A DNA stretch of 63,302 bases, counting the filler, from Intoshia linei (lineage: Eukaryota; Animalia; Orthonectida), in NCBI GenBank assembly GCA_001642005.1. It is 6 parts of 6 records of this genome, joined end to end, with 100 filler letters (N's around TTAATTAATTAA, not from the genome) between each part and the next. Parts side by side here need not be neighbours in the genome. Positions count along the whole stretch, not along the records: positions 51,243 to 55,638 come from LWCA01001946.1; positions 55,739 to 57,898 come from LWCA01002378.1; positions 57,999 to 61,520 come from LWCA01002078.1; positions 61,621 to 63,302 come from LWCA01002526.1; 2 more parts are not named here. One strand, written 5' to 3'. Positions 51,243 to 63,102 of this stretch are shown here, one piece after another; within the stretch, counting starts at the first letter, position 1, and every line of letters begins with the position of its first letter. A model generated the notes under the pieces. The model saw only the letters and a list, made by a program, of their open reading frames with translations. It was not told where the DNA came from and made no database searches. The position numbers and the translations under genes are program-made.

Positions 51243-51718
51243 AATCATTTTACTTGCTAATTCACTAACAATGTTAGCAGCTTGTCTAATATTCACTGTC
51301 TCCTGCTAATTCTTTACTTTTATTGGTTTAACACATGGTTTCACATTTGTCGAAGTTTCATTTCCAATTGTAATATCCGACTGGTCATCTGAGCTAATAA
51401 TGATCACTGCAATTCTACAAACAGAGGCACAAAACTAAATACAAATAGTTTGGGATGAAAAGTGCAAAAAATAATATCGAAAGTCAAAAACACGTAGACT
51501 TATTATCGTTCAAAAACTTTATTACTAAAAATAAACTTATACAGAAACCATAATTACAATATTTCAACTATTATATTAATAATATTAATAGTACACTAAT
51601 TCATATCTATTAAAATAAAAATATATAATCCAAATCAACACATTTCAAATAAAAATTTATAAATAACGTTATTTTTTTTGTTTTTAATTATTTATTTAAA
51701 ACAAGTTTATAAAAATAA

Positions 51719-52501
51719 ATGGAAAAAATTTTAAATACTATAAACGCAAACCCGGAAAAACCATTAAAATCACCACTAATCAAATCATCCAGTACATGTC
51801 AAAATTACTGTACAAATGCGGGTACAATGGAAAGATATTTTATCCCTAGAACTCAGTTGACATACTTGCGCCTGTGTTATTTGGCTATTTGTATGGATAA
51901 ATGTAATTCAAAAAAATTAACTGAAATTTATCTTTTTTTGCATCAAAATTTTTTACCTCTAACATCCAATCGAAAACCAACTAGTGTTCGTAATTCTATT
52001 AGACATTGTCTAACTAAAAATGCTATTTTTATGAAATGTCCAAAAGATACGTATACGGGCAGTTCTTATTGGAGGATTAATCCACAAATTGTGCCTCCAT
52101 ATGTGGCTGAAAGTTTTATTACAAGAAGGATAGCTGTAGAAATAAAGGATGTTCCCTGCTGCACAATCAATGACAAAACAAGTGGTATTGTGGAAATAAA
52201 TAAAAAAGTTTATAAAGATTTGATTGGATATGATTCACTGTCTCGAAATAAATTAAAAGTAAATGAACCTCTTTCAAAATTACCCAAAAATGAAAATATG
52301 TTATCCTGTACACATCAATTTAAATTAGACTCTGACATTGCACTCGGTGAGCGACGTGAAAATTTAGATAATATTGAAAAAGACATTGTCCAACGCCATC
52401 AAAATCAAAAAGTGAGTAACAATTCTTGTCAAATTCAAAATTTTAAAAACAATATAAAAAACCATCAAGATGAAAATGTTTTAAATAAACCTCATGAGTA
52501 A
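51719..52501 (+). CDS. divergent forkhead-box transcription factor, intronless
   Basis: TYLRLCYLAI...LTEIYLFLHQNF...VRNSIRHCLTKNAIFMKCP...GSSYWRINP matches the winged-helix pattern. Confidence 0.85.
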   Translation: MEKILNTINANPEKPLKSPLIKSSSTCQNYCTNAGTMERYFIPRTQLTYLRLCYLAICMDKCNSKKLTEIYLFLHQNFLPLTSNRKPTSVRNSIRHCLTKNAIFMKCPKDTYTGSSYWRINPQIVPPYVAESFITRRIAVEIKDVPCCTINDKTSGIVEINKKVYKDLIGYDSLSRNKLKVNEPLSKLPKNENMLSCTHQFKLDSDIALGERRENLDNIEKDIVQRHQNQKVSNNSCQIQNFKNNIKNHQDENVLNKPHE

Positions 52502-53036
52502 TTGAATAAAAATAAAAATGCTAACGGCGATAGAGGAATTGTGAATGGTGCTACAACAATTTAAATTTTAAACAAATGTATATTACACATTGTATTGTAC
52601 ATTATAATTTGTAAATAACTAATAAATTCACATTCTGTGTTTTTAACTTTTAAATTATGTTTTGACATCATTAGGCATCCTCCATATGTGAACCTGGATT
52701 GCTATCGGATTTCATACATTTAATGTAACTGGAATATTTAGAAGGGGAGTATAAAATTTTCGCAATAAATGATATTTTTATATACATCAATAATATACAT
52801 TACGGTATCTCTCATTTTGAAACCTTTAAGGGTGTATTTTCTTTGTTTCAATAATAAATTTCAGTGTGAAAATATTTTTCATTAAAATTTTGTTTTGTCA
52901 AATCAGCTTTTTAGAAATTGAGAAATTTCATTGCATTGACAAAAAGATCAAAAAATGAAAAAAATAATTTCACATTTTGCATAAACTTTGTAATAATCTA
53001 GGTTTCTAGAAAAAATTATAAAGCAAAACATTTATA

Positions 53037-53660
53037 TCCTTACTTATATAAAGTACTTTAGTTAATATATATGTCTGTTATTTATTTGTCTGTCTGTTTG
53101 TTCCAGTTTATATAAGAAACTAATAGACGTAGAGTTTTAAGAATAACCATTTCTAATACCTTTTATCCAGAGCAATGTTTTATCGCAAATTTCATATTTA
53201 GAAATTGAGTCTTGAAACTCAAAATCAAACTGAAAAACCCCAATTGTTTTTTTTTAAATTTAAACCCCTCCTAGAATTATAAAAAATATACAATCTTATC
53301 AAGATTTTAAAATCATCAATATTATAATTATTTTCAATTTCAAAATTTTATATCTTTACAGCCAAACCACAAATTACTCTTTTTTGTAAAAATAAAAAAA
53401 GTCTAATAATTTTATACAACATAAATTCTGAGATAGTTTTTAAAATCATAATCATTATCATAAATGTCAACCTCAAAAAAGATGATTTTTACGATCAAAA
53501 CCCCAGATTACCCTTTTTTTAAATGAAAACAGCCCTAGAATTTGAAAAAAGATTACAGATGATACAGTTATATCCAATTAATACACACACAAAAAAATTG
53601 AGTCTGATGAAGTCACGCCTTCATAGTCAAAAAAGCACTTTAGTATTTATTTTTTTTATT
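53037..53660 (+). mobile_element. Helitron family copy with (CTGT)n microsatellite near the 5' end
   Basis: A|TCCTTACTTATATAAAG...tgtctgtctgtttg, followed by shared subrepeats. Confidence 0.65.
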
Positions 53661-54358
53661 TCGAAACTACTGTAGTTTCAAGTGTGCAGTAGAGATGTAC
53701 ATTAAATATTGCAAATGTTGTACATTATTATCGTCACAAAAAAATAAAATTCATATAAATTATTAAAAATTTTTCAATTTTTAACTCTATTCGCCACATC
53801 TTCAATATTTGAATATTTTTTCATCGTTTCCCATAAAAGGGATCTTATCAATTAATTTAATTAAGACCTTATTTAATTTAATATAACATACATGTAATAT
53901 TAAATATTTATAAATAAGTATAAAAAATAAAATAAAGTTTTAAATAATTTTGCAAATATAATAAATTGGCCATTTTTATTACCATTGAAAATTAAACAGA
54001 CCAACTGTCATAAAAAGTTATTTAATCAATATATAATTGATTTCAAATGTGAAATATTATATTTTACTTGAATAATTACGTAAACTGATCATTGATCATA
54101 TTTTAAGTAAATTAAAAAGTGTTTACCTTTACATATTTATTATAAATGTGTCGAAATATTTAAAAATTAAAAAAAAATTACCAATTTTTTCGTAATAAGA
54201 TATTATCAGTTTAAAATTAATTTAGTGATTGTTTATTTATATTAGCCAACTTTAATATTTTTTCAAAGATATATCAAATTTCAATAGACATTGAAATAGC
54301 TATTGCAGAAATAAAAACATTCATTCCATTATATTCATTTTTTGTTTACTATAATTAA

Positions 54359-54945
54359 ATGTTTGAAAAAATAATTATTTTTATTTTGATTAAATTTCTT
54401 GTATCAGGTAATTTTAGAGTTATTAAATTATAGAGTAATAGTTATATCTACTTTAGTATTCATTATTATTTATTCAATTTATTAGATGGAGTAACCACTA
54501 AATATAAAACTTTCGATGATTACAAAGTATACTTTTTCTTTTTAAAAAAATAATTATTTTAGGAATCATACAAAGGAGAAAACAAAGAACACTGGGTTTG
54601 TTTTTGTTTCAAATTTCATTTTTTTAGTCGGAAGAATATGCCAAAATTTATGCTGATTATATAAAATCTATTGTAATTATAATTTTATTTTTTTCATCAT
54701 TTTTTAAGTCGCAAAAAGGACCAAATAATACGAATAAAGGGGTAATTTTTTTATTGCAGAATTACAAGTTTAATTTTTTTGTTTCATTATATTTTCTTAG
54801 GAAGGATACTCTACCCTTTATTATGATGTTTCAACTGATGATTACACCACAAAGAAAGTCACAGTTTTATTTTTTATGTTTTTTAAATATGTTTTAATAG
54901 ACAGATTATTATGATAAAACTTACGACGATTACATTAATCGAAAG
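54359..54945 (+). CDS. putative secreted Tyr/Asp-rich protein encoded by symmetric mini-exons (3' incomplete)
   Basis: Exons 54359-54407, 54486-54526, 54563-54595, 54628-54672, 54709-54741, 54801-54863, 54901-54945, all GT-AG and open in frame; hydrophobic leader MFEKIIIFILIKFLVS. Confidence 0.7.
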
Positions 54946-55191
54946 GTTTCTTGATTTTAGATTTAAATATGATAGTTTTAATATAATCCAAGTCTATACA
55001 AGTATTAAGTTTATGTTTTTGTCCGAATTTTTGATTTTTCAAAATTGATCAATTCCGTTATAGATGAATTTTTTCTATAGTACCACATTACTCGATGGAA
55101 TTAATTTTTTTAAGTATTAAATAAAACCTCTTAAACTTCATTATTTTTTTGTTGTTAATAGTTGAATAAAACACCACAAAGCAGTATACAT

Positions 55192-55638
55192 TAGGGTGGA
55201 CATAATTTCAATATTTATGAATTTCTAATAGGATAAGAGTCAAAAGTTTTCGTTTTGATTAGCAGACATAAAATCCAAAATCTTAACAAAATTCAAAACG
55301 TTTATAAGGGTGCTCAAAAGCACAGAATATCAAATTATTATTTAAATATGAATATTAAGAGTATTACTTACTTATATAATCAAATTAATTCTAGGAAAGC
55401 CAAATAAGGTTCAATTAATAGTTTTGAATGTAGAATAACATTTAAATTGTGAAATTTTAATTAATTAACAATGAATTGTAAATAAAATTGTGAATTTTTT
55501 ATACATAATTATTAAATTTAGTCAAAACTTATTTTTTAAATTTTTGCATGTCGGGACAACGTTATCCATCAATGCAAGAGGTCATTCGCATATCTCATTG
55601 GTGAAAGATATATCCATAAACTGTATAGTTTTATTCCA
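55192..55638. mobile_element. hATm family terminus (same family as 18999-20528), truncated by the gap
   Basis: tagggtggacataatttcaatattt...; ~130 bp similar to 18999-19135. Confidence 0.7.
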
Positions 55639-55738
55639 NNNNNNNNNNNNNNNNNNNNNNNNNNNNNNNNNNNNNNNNNNNNTTAATTAATTAANNNNNN
55701 NNNNNNNNNNNNNNNNNNNNNNNNNNNNNNNNNNNNNN
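55639..55738. other. assembly gap with artificial linker
   Basis: N-TTAATTAATTAA-N. Confidence 0.95.
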
Positions 55739-56069
55739 GAAGGGTAATTTGGGGTTTTGGCCCTGAAGATATAATTTTTTTAAATTTAAATTGATGAGAA
55801 TGTTTATGATTTTAAAATCCGCATCAGCGTATATATTTTTTTAAATTTTCCACTTTGTTTGATTTTCAATAAGAGGGACAACATGGGTTTTTGACCCTTA
55901 AGATGTGAAATTGGGAGGTTGAAATTTATCTTATTATACGTCCCGGAAAAAACTGTATTTGAAATGTGGTCTTTAAAAAATTCTAAGAGTGCTAGTTATT
56001 TCATTAAAGTCAGACACACAGACACACATACACAAGCAAAAATCGCGTACCCTTTTATATAAGTTAGGA
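55739..56069 (-). mobile_element. Helitron family 5' end
   Basis: Reverse complement starts A|TCCTAACTTATATAA with a (TG)/(TCTG) microsatellite; similar to 4995-5321. Confidence 0.65.
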
Positions 56070-56949
56070 TTTTTTTGTTAATACTAAACAAAGAGAAATA
56101 GACTCCAAATTTCCAATCGAGATCTACGATTAAAGTTTACAACATTAGTACCTAATATTAAAATAATCTGTTAGAATCGTCAGGCTCAATCATTTCATTA
56201 ATTCTTAAAAATAAATAAATTATTAACATTTAATATTAATATATATTTATATTATTAATTATTAATATTAATATATATTTATATTATTAATTATTAATAT
56301 TAATATGTAAATACTACTGATAAATAATACTAATCATAATACAATATTGTACTATAATTATAATTAGCTCGACTTTCGGCAATAATAGCTTTATATTTGT
56401 ACTTTACTAGAATATTTTCGTTGTAGTAAAAAGTAATCACTGAATTAGTAATGAATTGTTTTGATTGAACTGTCATATAGTTGGACCTCGGATTGGGCAC
56501 CATTTTTTGAAAAGTGCCCCAAAAACAGAGGTTTTTGTATGTTACCTAATTTTTCATAGAATATTTAAACTATTGCAATACATTATGATATTATATTTAT
56601 TTTTATAGCAGTCAAACTCGGTTTAGGGTAATATTTTCAGTTAAATACCTAAAAATCAAAATTTAGTAAAAAGTTAGGTTTTTATTTATTTGTATAATAT
56701 TATTTAGTCATTTAAAATTTATCTTATTGAAATTATATATTATCAGTAGGGCAAACTTTTTCTAATTTATAAAATCGTCAAAATATAACCTATCAAAACA
56801 AAATTCTGACTTTTTCAACCTATAAAAAATACATTAAAAATTCAATTTGGTCCTCCCTATTAAAAATTTTTTTTAAAAATAAATTAAACAATTAAACATT
56901 AAGATTTATTATGGTACAATATTAAATATTTTTTAACGTTACTAGATAA

Positions 56950-57890
56950 ACAATTCCTTTTTTTTGTGAGTAATTTCTTCAGCATGTTAAAACTTTTTTC
57001 TACACCGTTAGAAGTTGAAGAGTTATTTCTTAATTGGCTGTACAATTAAGGAGGTTTGGACTGATTCATAGCTAACATAATTTTTTCGATATCATTCTTT
57101 AGTTTTTTTTCTATATACATTATTTTTCATTTTTCTGTATAGTTGCATTTCACATGTGTCAGGAATAAATTGTATTTTTTATTGTATTATATGCTTGATT
57201 AATAGTAAGACTCTTTTACCATGTCAATAAAACCTAATATAGCTGTATACCCGTTTAATTCGATTAATTCATTATATAATCTAATCATAGATACAGCTTT
57301 CCTCGCTCGCTGTATAATTATACCATTTTCGATTATACCATCTACAATTTTTTTACCAATTCAAATTTATTCATATAGTAAACACTTTCTTCAAGCCAAG
57401 TATCCCATCTGGTAATCACTGGTCTGGGTGGATAGCCAATGTCATAAAATAATTCCCGAATAGATTTCTGTTTTAGATTTCTTTTAGAATGTTAGGAATT
57501 TTGCGCTAGTTATGAGTCGTCAACAAATTGATACTTCTGTCGCAGCTTCATACAACAATTATGCATTATAATCTAATGATTAGATGATTAATACAGGTGA
57601 CATGAAATAAATTTGGATAAAGATTTTTTAATTGCGTCGTAATACTTGTATTGTATCTAATATTGATATTATATATATTTGCAATTGATAAAAAAATTAA
57701 AATTACCGTGCAGTATCAGTTACGAATAAAACAAAATTTTCCGTTTATATTCAAAGATTTGGCTGTGTCGTCCACATTATATATAACAATTTGACCATTT
57801 ATGTTTGTATTAATTATTTTACACTCAAACAGCATTAAATTTTTGGGGTTTTTCAAAGTACCGACAATTATATTTATATATTTAACATCG
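56950..57890 (-). mobile_element. degenerate hAT-superfamily (CGGBP1-related type) transposase
   Basis: TDTAR, IMHNCCMKLR, PPRPVITRWDTWLEESVYY, STSNGVEKSF (ERSFS-like); frameshifts and stops. Confidence 0.7.
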
Positions 57891-57898
57891 TTTAAATC

Positions 57899-57998
57899 NN
57901 NNNNNNNNNNNNNNNNNNNNNNNNNNNNNNNNNNNNNNNNNNTTAATTAATTAANNNNNNNNNNNNNNNNNNNNNNNNNNNNNNNNNNNNNNNNNNNN
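57899..57998. other. assembly gap with artificial linker
   Basis: N-TTAATTAATTAA-N. Confidence 0.95.
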
Positions 57999-58470
57999 AG
58001 TAGGGTTGTGGTATGCCATCTCAGATTTTGGAGTGTCACCATATTACACGTGACGTCAAGGGCTTGCAATCAACCAGAAATTGTACAAGTAACAATGCCT
58101 TCAAAGGAGAATGATCAAATGAATAGAAAACAATTGTGAAATTGGAAATGGTGTTTTGGCCTGATAAAGCGAGCTGTCATTATGCCAAGAGTGTAAAATT
58201 GTATTTGCAAAACAAACAACTTAAGCTTGTACCCTACAAATGTACCCCAGTTTCGACCAATTAAAAATTCTCACGCAATTATCAAGCGTGAAGTATTCAA
58301 GAATAAGTTCAATCCAAAAAATGCCGACGAATTGGACGAGAAAATCCATTCAGTGATGATAAACCGTGACACCCTTCTAAAATGCATCACTCGGTTTTAG
58401 TCGAGGTTAAAGTTAGAGTTCTCTGCTACCAAGAAAGGCATAATGGATTATTTTCCAATGTAAAATAGTA
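57999..58470 (+). mobile_element. Tc1/mariner-superfamily (DD37E-like) transposase remnant
   Basis: VGLWYAISDFGVS, FWPDKASCHYAKSV, NVPQFRPIKN..AIIKREVF; frameshifted. Confidence 0.75.
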
Positions 58471-58639
58471 ATTAAATATGTAAGTTTAAAATGTTATAAC
58501 TTAATTTATAAAAATTCGATTGGTCATTAATATATACGCGTTTTAAAAAGTTGCAGAATTCCCCAAACATTACACATCCACATTGAAAATTTACGTCCTC
58601 ATTCTTTAAAAAATATGCTGGTACCGAAAAATGTCGATT

Positions 58640-58960
58640 TTCGGACACTCACTAACAATTATTCTGCAAGTGACATCTCCGCTGATGAGTAATATAATGA
58701 GCAAATTAATAAAATATCTTATTAATTCTCAAAAGAAGAAGCAAATATTTCCAGAAAAATTAAATTGTCTTTACGAAAATCGGCGTGTGTCATCGCTGAA
58801 TAAAGAAATGAAACACCAAGTTATGTTTCAATCTGGAAAGCGAAGCGCAAATGAATGAAACCATCGTGGATATATTTCAAAAAATATTTAAAAAACGAAA
58901 AATTAAGTCTTCATTTTGACGGAAAGTGGGTGGATGGAATGGAAATGCAAGTAGAATGAA
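58640..58960 (+). mobile_element. possible hATm transposase fragment
   Basis: LHFDGK motif at ~58909-58926; otherwise degenerate. Confidence 0.4.
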
Positions 58961-59819
58961 TATCCAGTATATCTTTAAGTTACATTTCGAGAGGTACATT
59001 GTTAATTTTTGTGAATAAAATTTAAAATTTTAACAAGTATTTAACTATATTATTCATAGCACAAATCATAAAACATACAAATGTAAGAACAACGAGTGGA
59101 CGTCACATTTTAATGTAACTAATGAGTCAATTGGTACTACAATTTGTATTAATTTTTTTATTAAATAACATTATTTAAATATAATTTTTAATCTAGAAAC
59201 TGTACCATACTTTTCCTGCAAAATTCCACAATATGGATTTGAATTAGACGGGATTATTCAATTTGCCAACTTAAATTCACTAATTCTGAGCGAGATACGT
59301 TAAATAAAAAGTTTTGTTTATAAATTATTTTTTTAGATTTTATAATGCAAGTATATTTAATTATATTGATTTATTAGATACAAGTCGTCACAATTAGGCA
59401 ATATGTTCCCATCATAACAGCTTTAACATTCAATGAAATCTACAATGAAGTCACTGTGATCATAATAGAAAAATTCGATCAGGCTAAGTTCATTCCAGTA
59501 ACCGAATATCAAAATAAAAAACTTTCACAATGAAATCACAAATGAACTCTTATACCAAAAATTCGCTCAACTAATATTGTCATTCATTCAAATGCTTAAG
59601 AAACGATTTTAAAAATTTAATTAAAAGGACTCACAAATTCTTCGAGTAGGCTCTGGTATATTACGCTGACCGTTTAGATCTTATCAACATAGACACAAAC
59701 TTGAATGTACATAACAAAAAGGCAAGTTCGTATCGTGGAACGGACAACTAGGGGGACTGGAAGGTTTAAGGCAAAAAGGATGGAGCGTAGTTTCGCTATT
59801 AATAATAGAATATAAAACT

Positions 59820-60019
59820 CAAATTTAAACCCAATAGAAAATATTTTCTCTGTTTGGAAAAATTCAGTTAAAAGGACATGTGTACAATCAGAAATTGAAC
59901 TAAAGACAAAGATATCTTCCGGTTTTAACGATATAACACAACATCATTGTTGTAGTTTTTACCGGAAGATGCTACCATATCTATCAAAATGTGAAAGAGA
60001 AGAAATAATTATGGAATAA
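59820..60019 (+). mobile_element. Tc1/IS630-like transposase C-terminal fragment
   Basis: [18 protein letters not shown]...ITQHHCCSFYRKM. Confidence 0.75.
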
Positions 60020-61029
60020 ATTTGTAAAAATTAAAATGTTCTTAAACAATTTAATTTTAACAATTCTTAAATTCTCTAATAGTTTTGCATAATTAATGTT
60101 TAAAATTTGCTATATTATAAACTTCTGTATTGGCTTCATTGAGTACAAACATGACTTGATAGATCGTAAAACTCTATACTAATAAAATAAAGTTCATCAA
60201 GAGCTGCAGTGCCGTGAGGAATAAGTGGAAGCTCCGAGAGTCATGTGGTTCGCAGGTTCTTTGGTGGCTACGCCTTCACTTAACGAACGCAACAGTTAGC
60301 CTTAAATCTAGGAGGACGGAGGCCTACTCGAGGATTACTCGCACACCAATCACAAAGAAGACCTGCGACATAATTATACGTGTTAAATGCATATATATAA
60401 TATAACATATAACTAAGTTTGCCCATCACTGGTTTACCGTATTTGATAATGACGTCATGTTTTCTTCAAATGAAACTACGCTCAATGACAAAAAGAAAAC
60501 CATCTTAATTAAGCATTTTATTGATTCAAAAGCCAGAATAAGACTGGAAAGAAAAAAATTATAGATACTTACACTACAATTAAAAGTGCGTTAAGTCAAT
60601 GGACATTAGGGTGTCACATTTTTTCGAAAATTTTAGAATTTAATGGATGGTTAGCAATAACTGTGTGTATTTTTAAAAAAGAAACTCTATAACATAATCA
60701 AAAACCACTAACGATAGATATTCGCTGTGCGTTTAACATTTTAAATAAACCATTACAAATCTTATAGTATAATTAAAATATAAAATTATTTTTTTTAAAA
60801 ACAGTGTTATAGTGAATTGTCATGGTTTACAGAGTATTATGTTAACCGTTTATAACTAAACATCTTAATTTTTTAATTTTCATTCTAACTGTCTTAGTTC
60901 GATTTTTATCAACGATTGAATTTTCAATATAAAATTTTTTTCACTTTACATTTATACCCTAAATTTAAGAAATTGAATCATTGATAAAAAATCCAAACAT
61001 TCAATGGCGCTGAGACCAGTTGAATTAAA

Positions 61030-61520
61030 AAAAGTGCACGAGTTATGGCAATTAGATTTTATAGGTCCATTTGTAGTTAGTAAGAATGGTAATAAATTTG
61101 CTTTAGTAATGGTTGATCATTACTCGAAATGGCCTTAAATAATATCTATACCTGATATTTCGGCGCATATGACGGTCAAGGCTGTTAAAGACAATTTAAT
61201 TTCACGGTTTAGCGCACCTAAAAGAATTCATACAGATCGTGGAACACAATTTAAATCCACGTTGATGCGGCAGTTATGTGAAAAATATGACGTAGCGAAG
61301 ACTGAAAGCGTTGAGTGTGTAGAAATGTTAAATAGAACAATTAAAAATGCATTGAGAATAAAATGTAAGGGTCGAGACAACGACAGATGACAGATGGGAT
61401 GAGTATCTTCCGGATATTTTATTGTCGCTACGCAACACAGTAAGTGTTGCAACGGGAGCTACTCCATCGAAAATAATGTATGGTAGAGAATTTAATTCAC
61501 CAATAGATATAGAATCGTTA
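61030..61520 (+). mobile_element. Ty3/Gypsy integrase pseudogene fragment
   Basis: QLDFIGPF...LVMVDHYSKW*, ISRFSAPKRIHTDRGTQF, EMLNRTIK, WDEYLP, TGATP...YGRE; stop and frameshift. Confidence 0.9.
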
Positions 61521-61620
61521 NNNNNNNNNNNNNNNNNNNNNNNNNNNNNNNNNNNNNNNNNNNNTTAATTAATTAANNNNNNNNNNNNNNNNNNNNNNNN
61601 NNNNNNNNNNNNNNNNNNNN
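61521..61620. other. assembly gap with artificial linker
   Basis: N-TTAATTAATTAA-N. Confidence 0.95.
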
Positions 61621-63102
61621 CCTGGAAATTTGATAGAAGTGGAATGCCGTTCTACTGATGAAGCGTACAATGTACTTTTGTCCGGTAAAAAACGACGACA
61701 TATAGCATCTACCATGCTGAACAATACGAGTAGTCGAAGTCACGCAATTTTTAATATCAGAATTGTTCAAGTCCCTGAAAATGATTATAGTTTTGAAGAA
61801 AACAATTTGAATTACATTATCAGTCAATTTTCAATCGTTGATTTGGCGGGTTGTGAGCGTAGTAATAGAACCAACAACTATGGAGATAGAATCCAAGAAA
61901 GTGGAAGCATTAACAATTCTCTAATGACCCTTAGATCCTGCATTGAAGCAATCCGTGAAAATGCATACAATGATTACAAAATTATACCTTACAGAAATTG
62001 CAAATTGACTCATCTCTTTAAAAGCAACTTTGAACAATCGTGCAAAATTCGGATCCTAGTCTGTATAAATCCAGCCAACATTGAATTTGACGAAACAATA
62101 AATGTTTTCAGATTTGCAGAGTCAAGTCGTGAAATTGAAACAATTGCGCCAATAAAATTACCAAAAAGTTGTAAACGGGTCAAAATTGACAATGACGATT
62201 ATTCTAACTTGATGGTAGGTTTAAAGGATTTAATATCTGATGAAGACGTATTAAATTTGGACGAACAAAATTATGATGAATGTGATGACTATAAAGTATT
62301 ATTTAAAAAGAGACACATACGCGATCAAAAATGTTTACACATTTTTAAAAGTCTAACTGCAAAATTTCATCAATTTTTTACTGATAGCATGGAACATGTA
62401 GTTTCTGAAAATGGTCGTTTGAAAACTGTTTTGGATAAAATGAAGATTGAATCAAACAAATATTTGCAAAATAATGCCCAGAAAAATCAAGAAATTAAAA
62501 TTAAATATAATATGAAAATTGACAAAATGAGAAATGAATTTGAACGAGATATTTTTAATAAAAAGAAATATTTACGCAAATCACACGATAAAAATGTACA
62601 TTTGCACAAAAAACTTGAAAATTTGGAAAAAATTCTTGGTGATGGTACAAATTCGGATTATACTGATTATCAGGTAAATTTACTCAAAGATTCTCAAAAG
62701 GTTAAGGAGGAGGAATTTACTACGGATTACTCTGAAAGTTTGGTTAGTAGTGTCGAAACTGATTTGAAAAGTATTGTGCCAAAAATGAAAATTATGAAAA
62801 CACCAAAGGTGTGTTCATCGAAATATAATTACAATAGTAACTTTCTTACTCCAGCTGCTAAGCCGAGACGAAAGGTTGAAAATTATCATGCCAATACTGT
62901 CAAAAGTAGTTATGTTAGAGCTCCCATTTCTCAATCTATTGCTAAATTTGATTCTAAAGCTAAACCCAAAGTTTCGAATTATAAAATCCTCAAAACTCCA
63001 AATTCTAAACACAAAAATTTTACTCCCGCTGCATCTTCTGTTAAATCTAAAGTACGCAAATTTAATAAACCCAATGTTTTGGTAATTTTTTATATTATAT
63101 GA
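61621..63102 (+). CDS. KIF23: kinesin-6 (KIF23/MKLP1/pavarotti-like), 5' truncated by the gap
   Basis: EVECRSTDEA, NNTSSRSHAIF, VDLAGCER, INNSLMTLRSC, PYRNCKLTHLFK, VCINP, followed by coiled coil; a possible splice donor near 63082 makes the end uncertain. Confidence 0.8.
   Translation, partial: PGNLIEVECRSTDEAYNVLLSGKKRRHIASTMLNNTSSRSHAIFNIRIVQVPENDYSFEENNLNYIISQFSIVDLAGCERSNRTNNYGDRIQESGSINNSLMTLRSCIEAIRENAYNDYKIIPYRNCKLTHLFKSNFEQSCKIRILVCINPANIEFDETINVFRFAESSREIETIAPIKLPKSCKRVKIDNDDYSNLMVGLKDLISDEDVLNLDEQNYDECDDYKVLFKKRHIRDQKCLHIFKSLTAKFHQFFTDSMEHVVSENGRLKTVLDKMKIESNKYLQNNAQKNQEIKIKYNMKIDKMRNEFERDIFNKKKYLRKSHDKNVHLHKKLENLEKILGDGTNSDYTDYQVNLLKDSQKVKEEEFTTDYSESLVSSVETDLKSIVPKMKIMKTPKVCSSKYNYNSNFLTPAAKPRRKVENYHANTVKSSYVRAPISQSIAKFDSKAKPKVSNYKILKTPNSKHKNFTPAASSVKSKVRKFNKPNVLVIFYII

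Noticed and set aside
56215-56310. AT-only duplicated palindromic tract
   Set aside because: Simple low-complexity duplication expected at this base composition
60224-60240. GGAAGCTCCGAGA resembling RNase P CR-I
   Set aside because: No convincing CR-V/P4 partner downstream
20622-61620. Identical TTAATTAATTAA motif centred in five N runs
   Set aside because: Artificial six-frame-stop linker from contig joining; gene order across these gaps should not be interpreted
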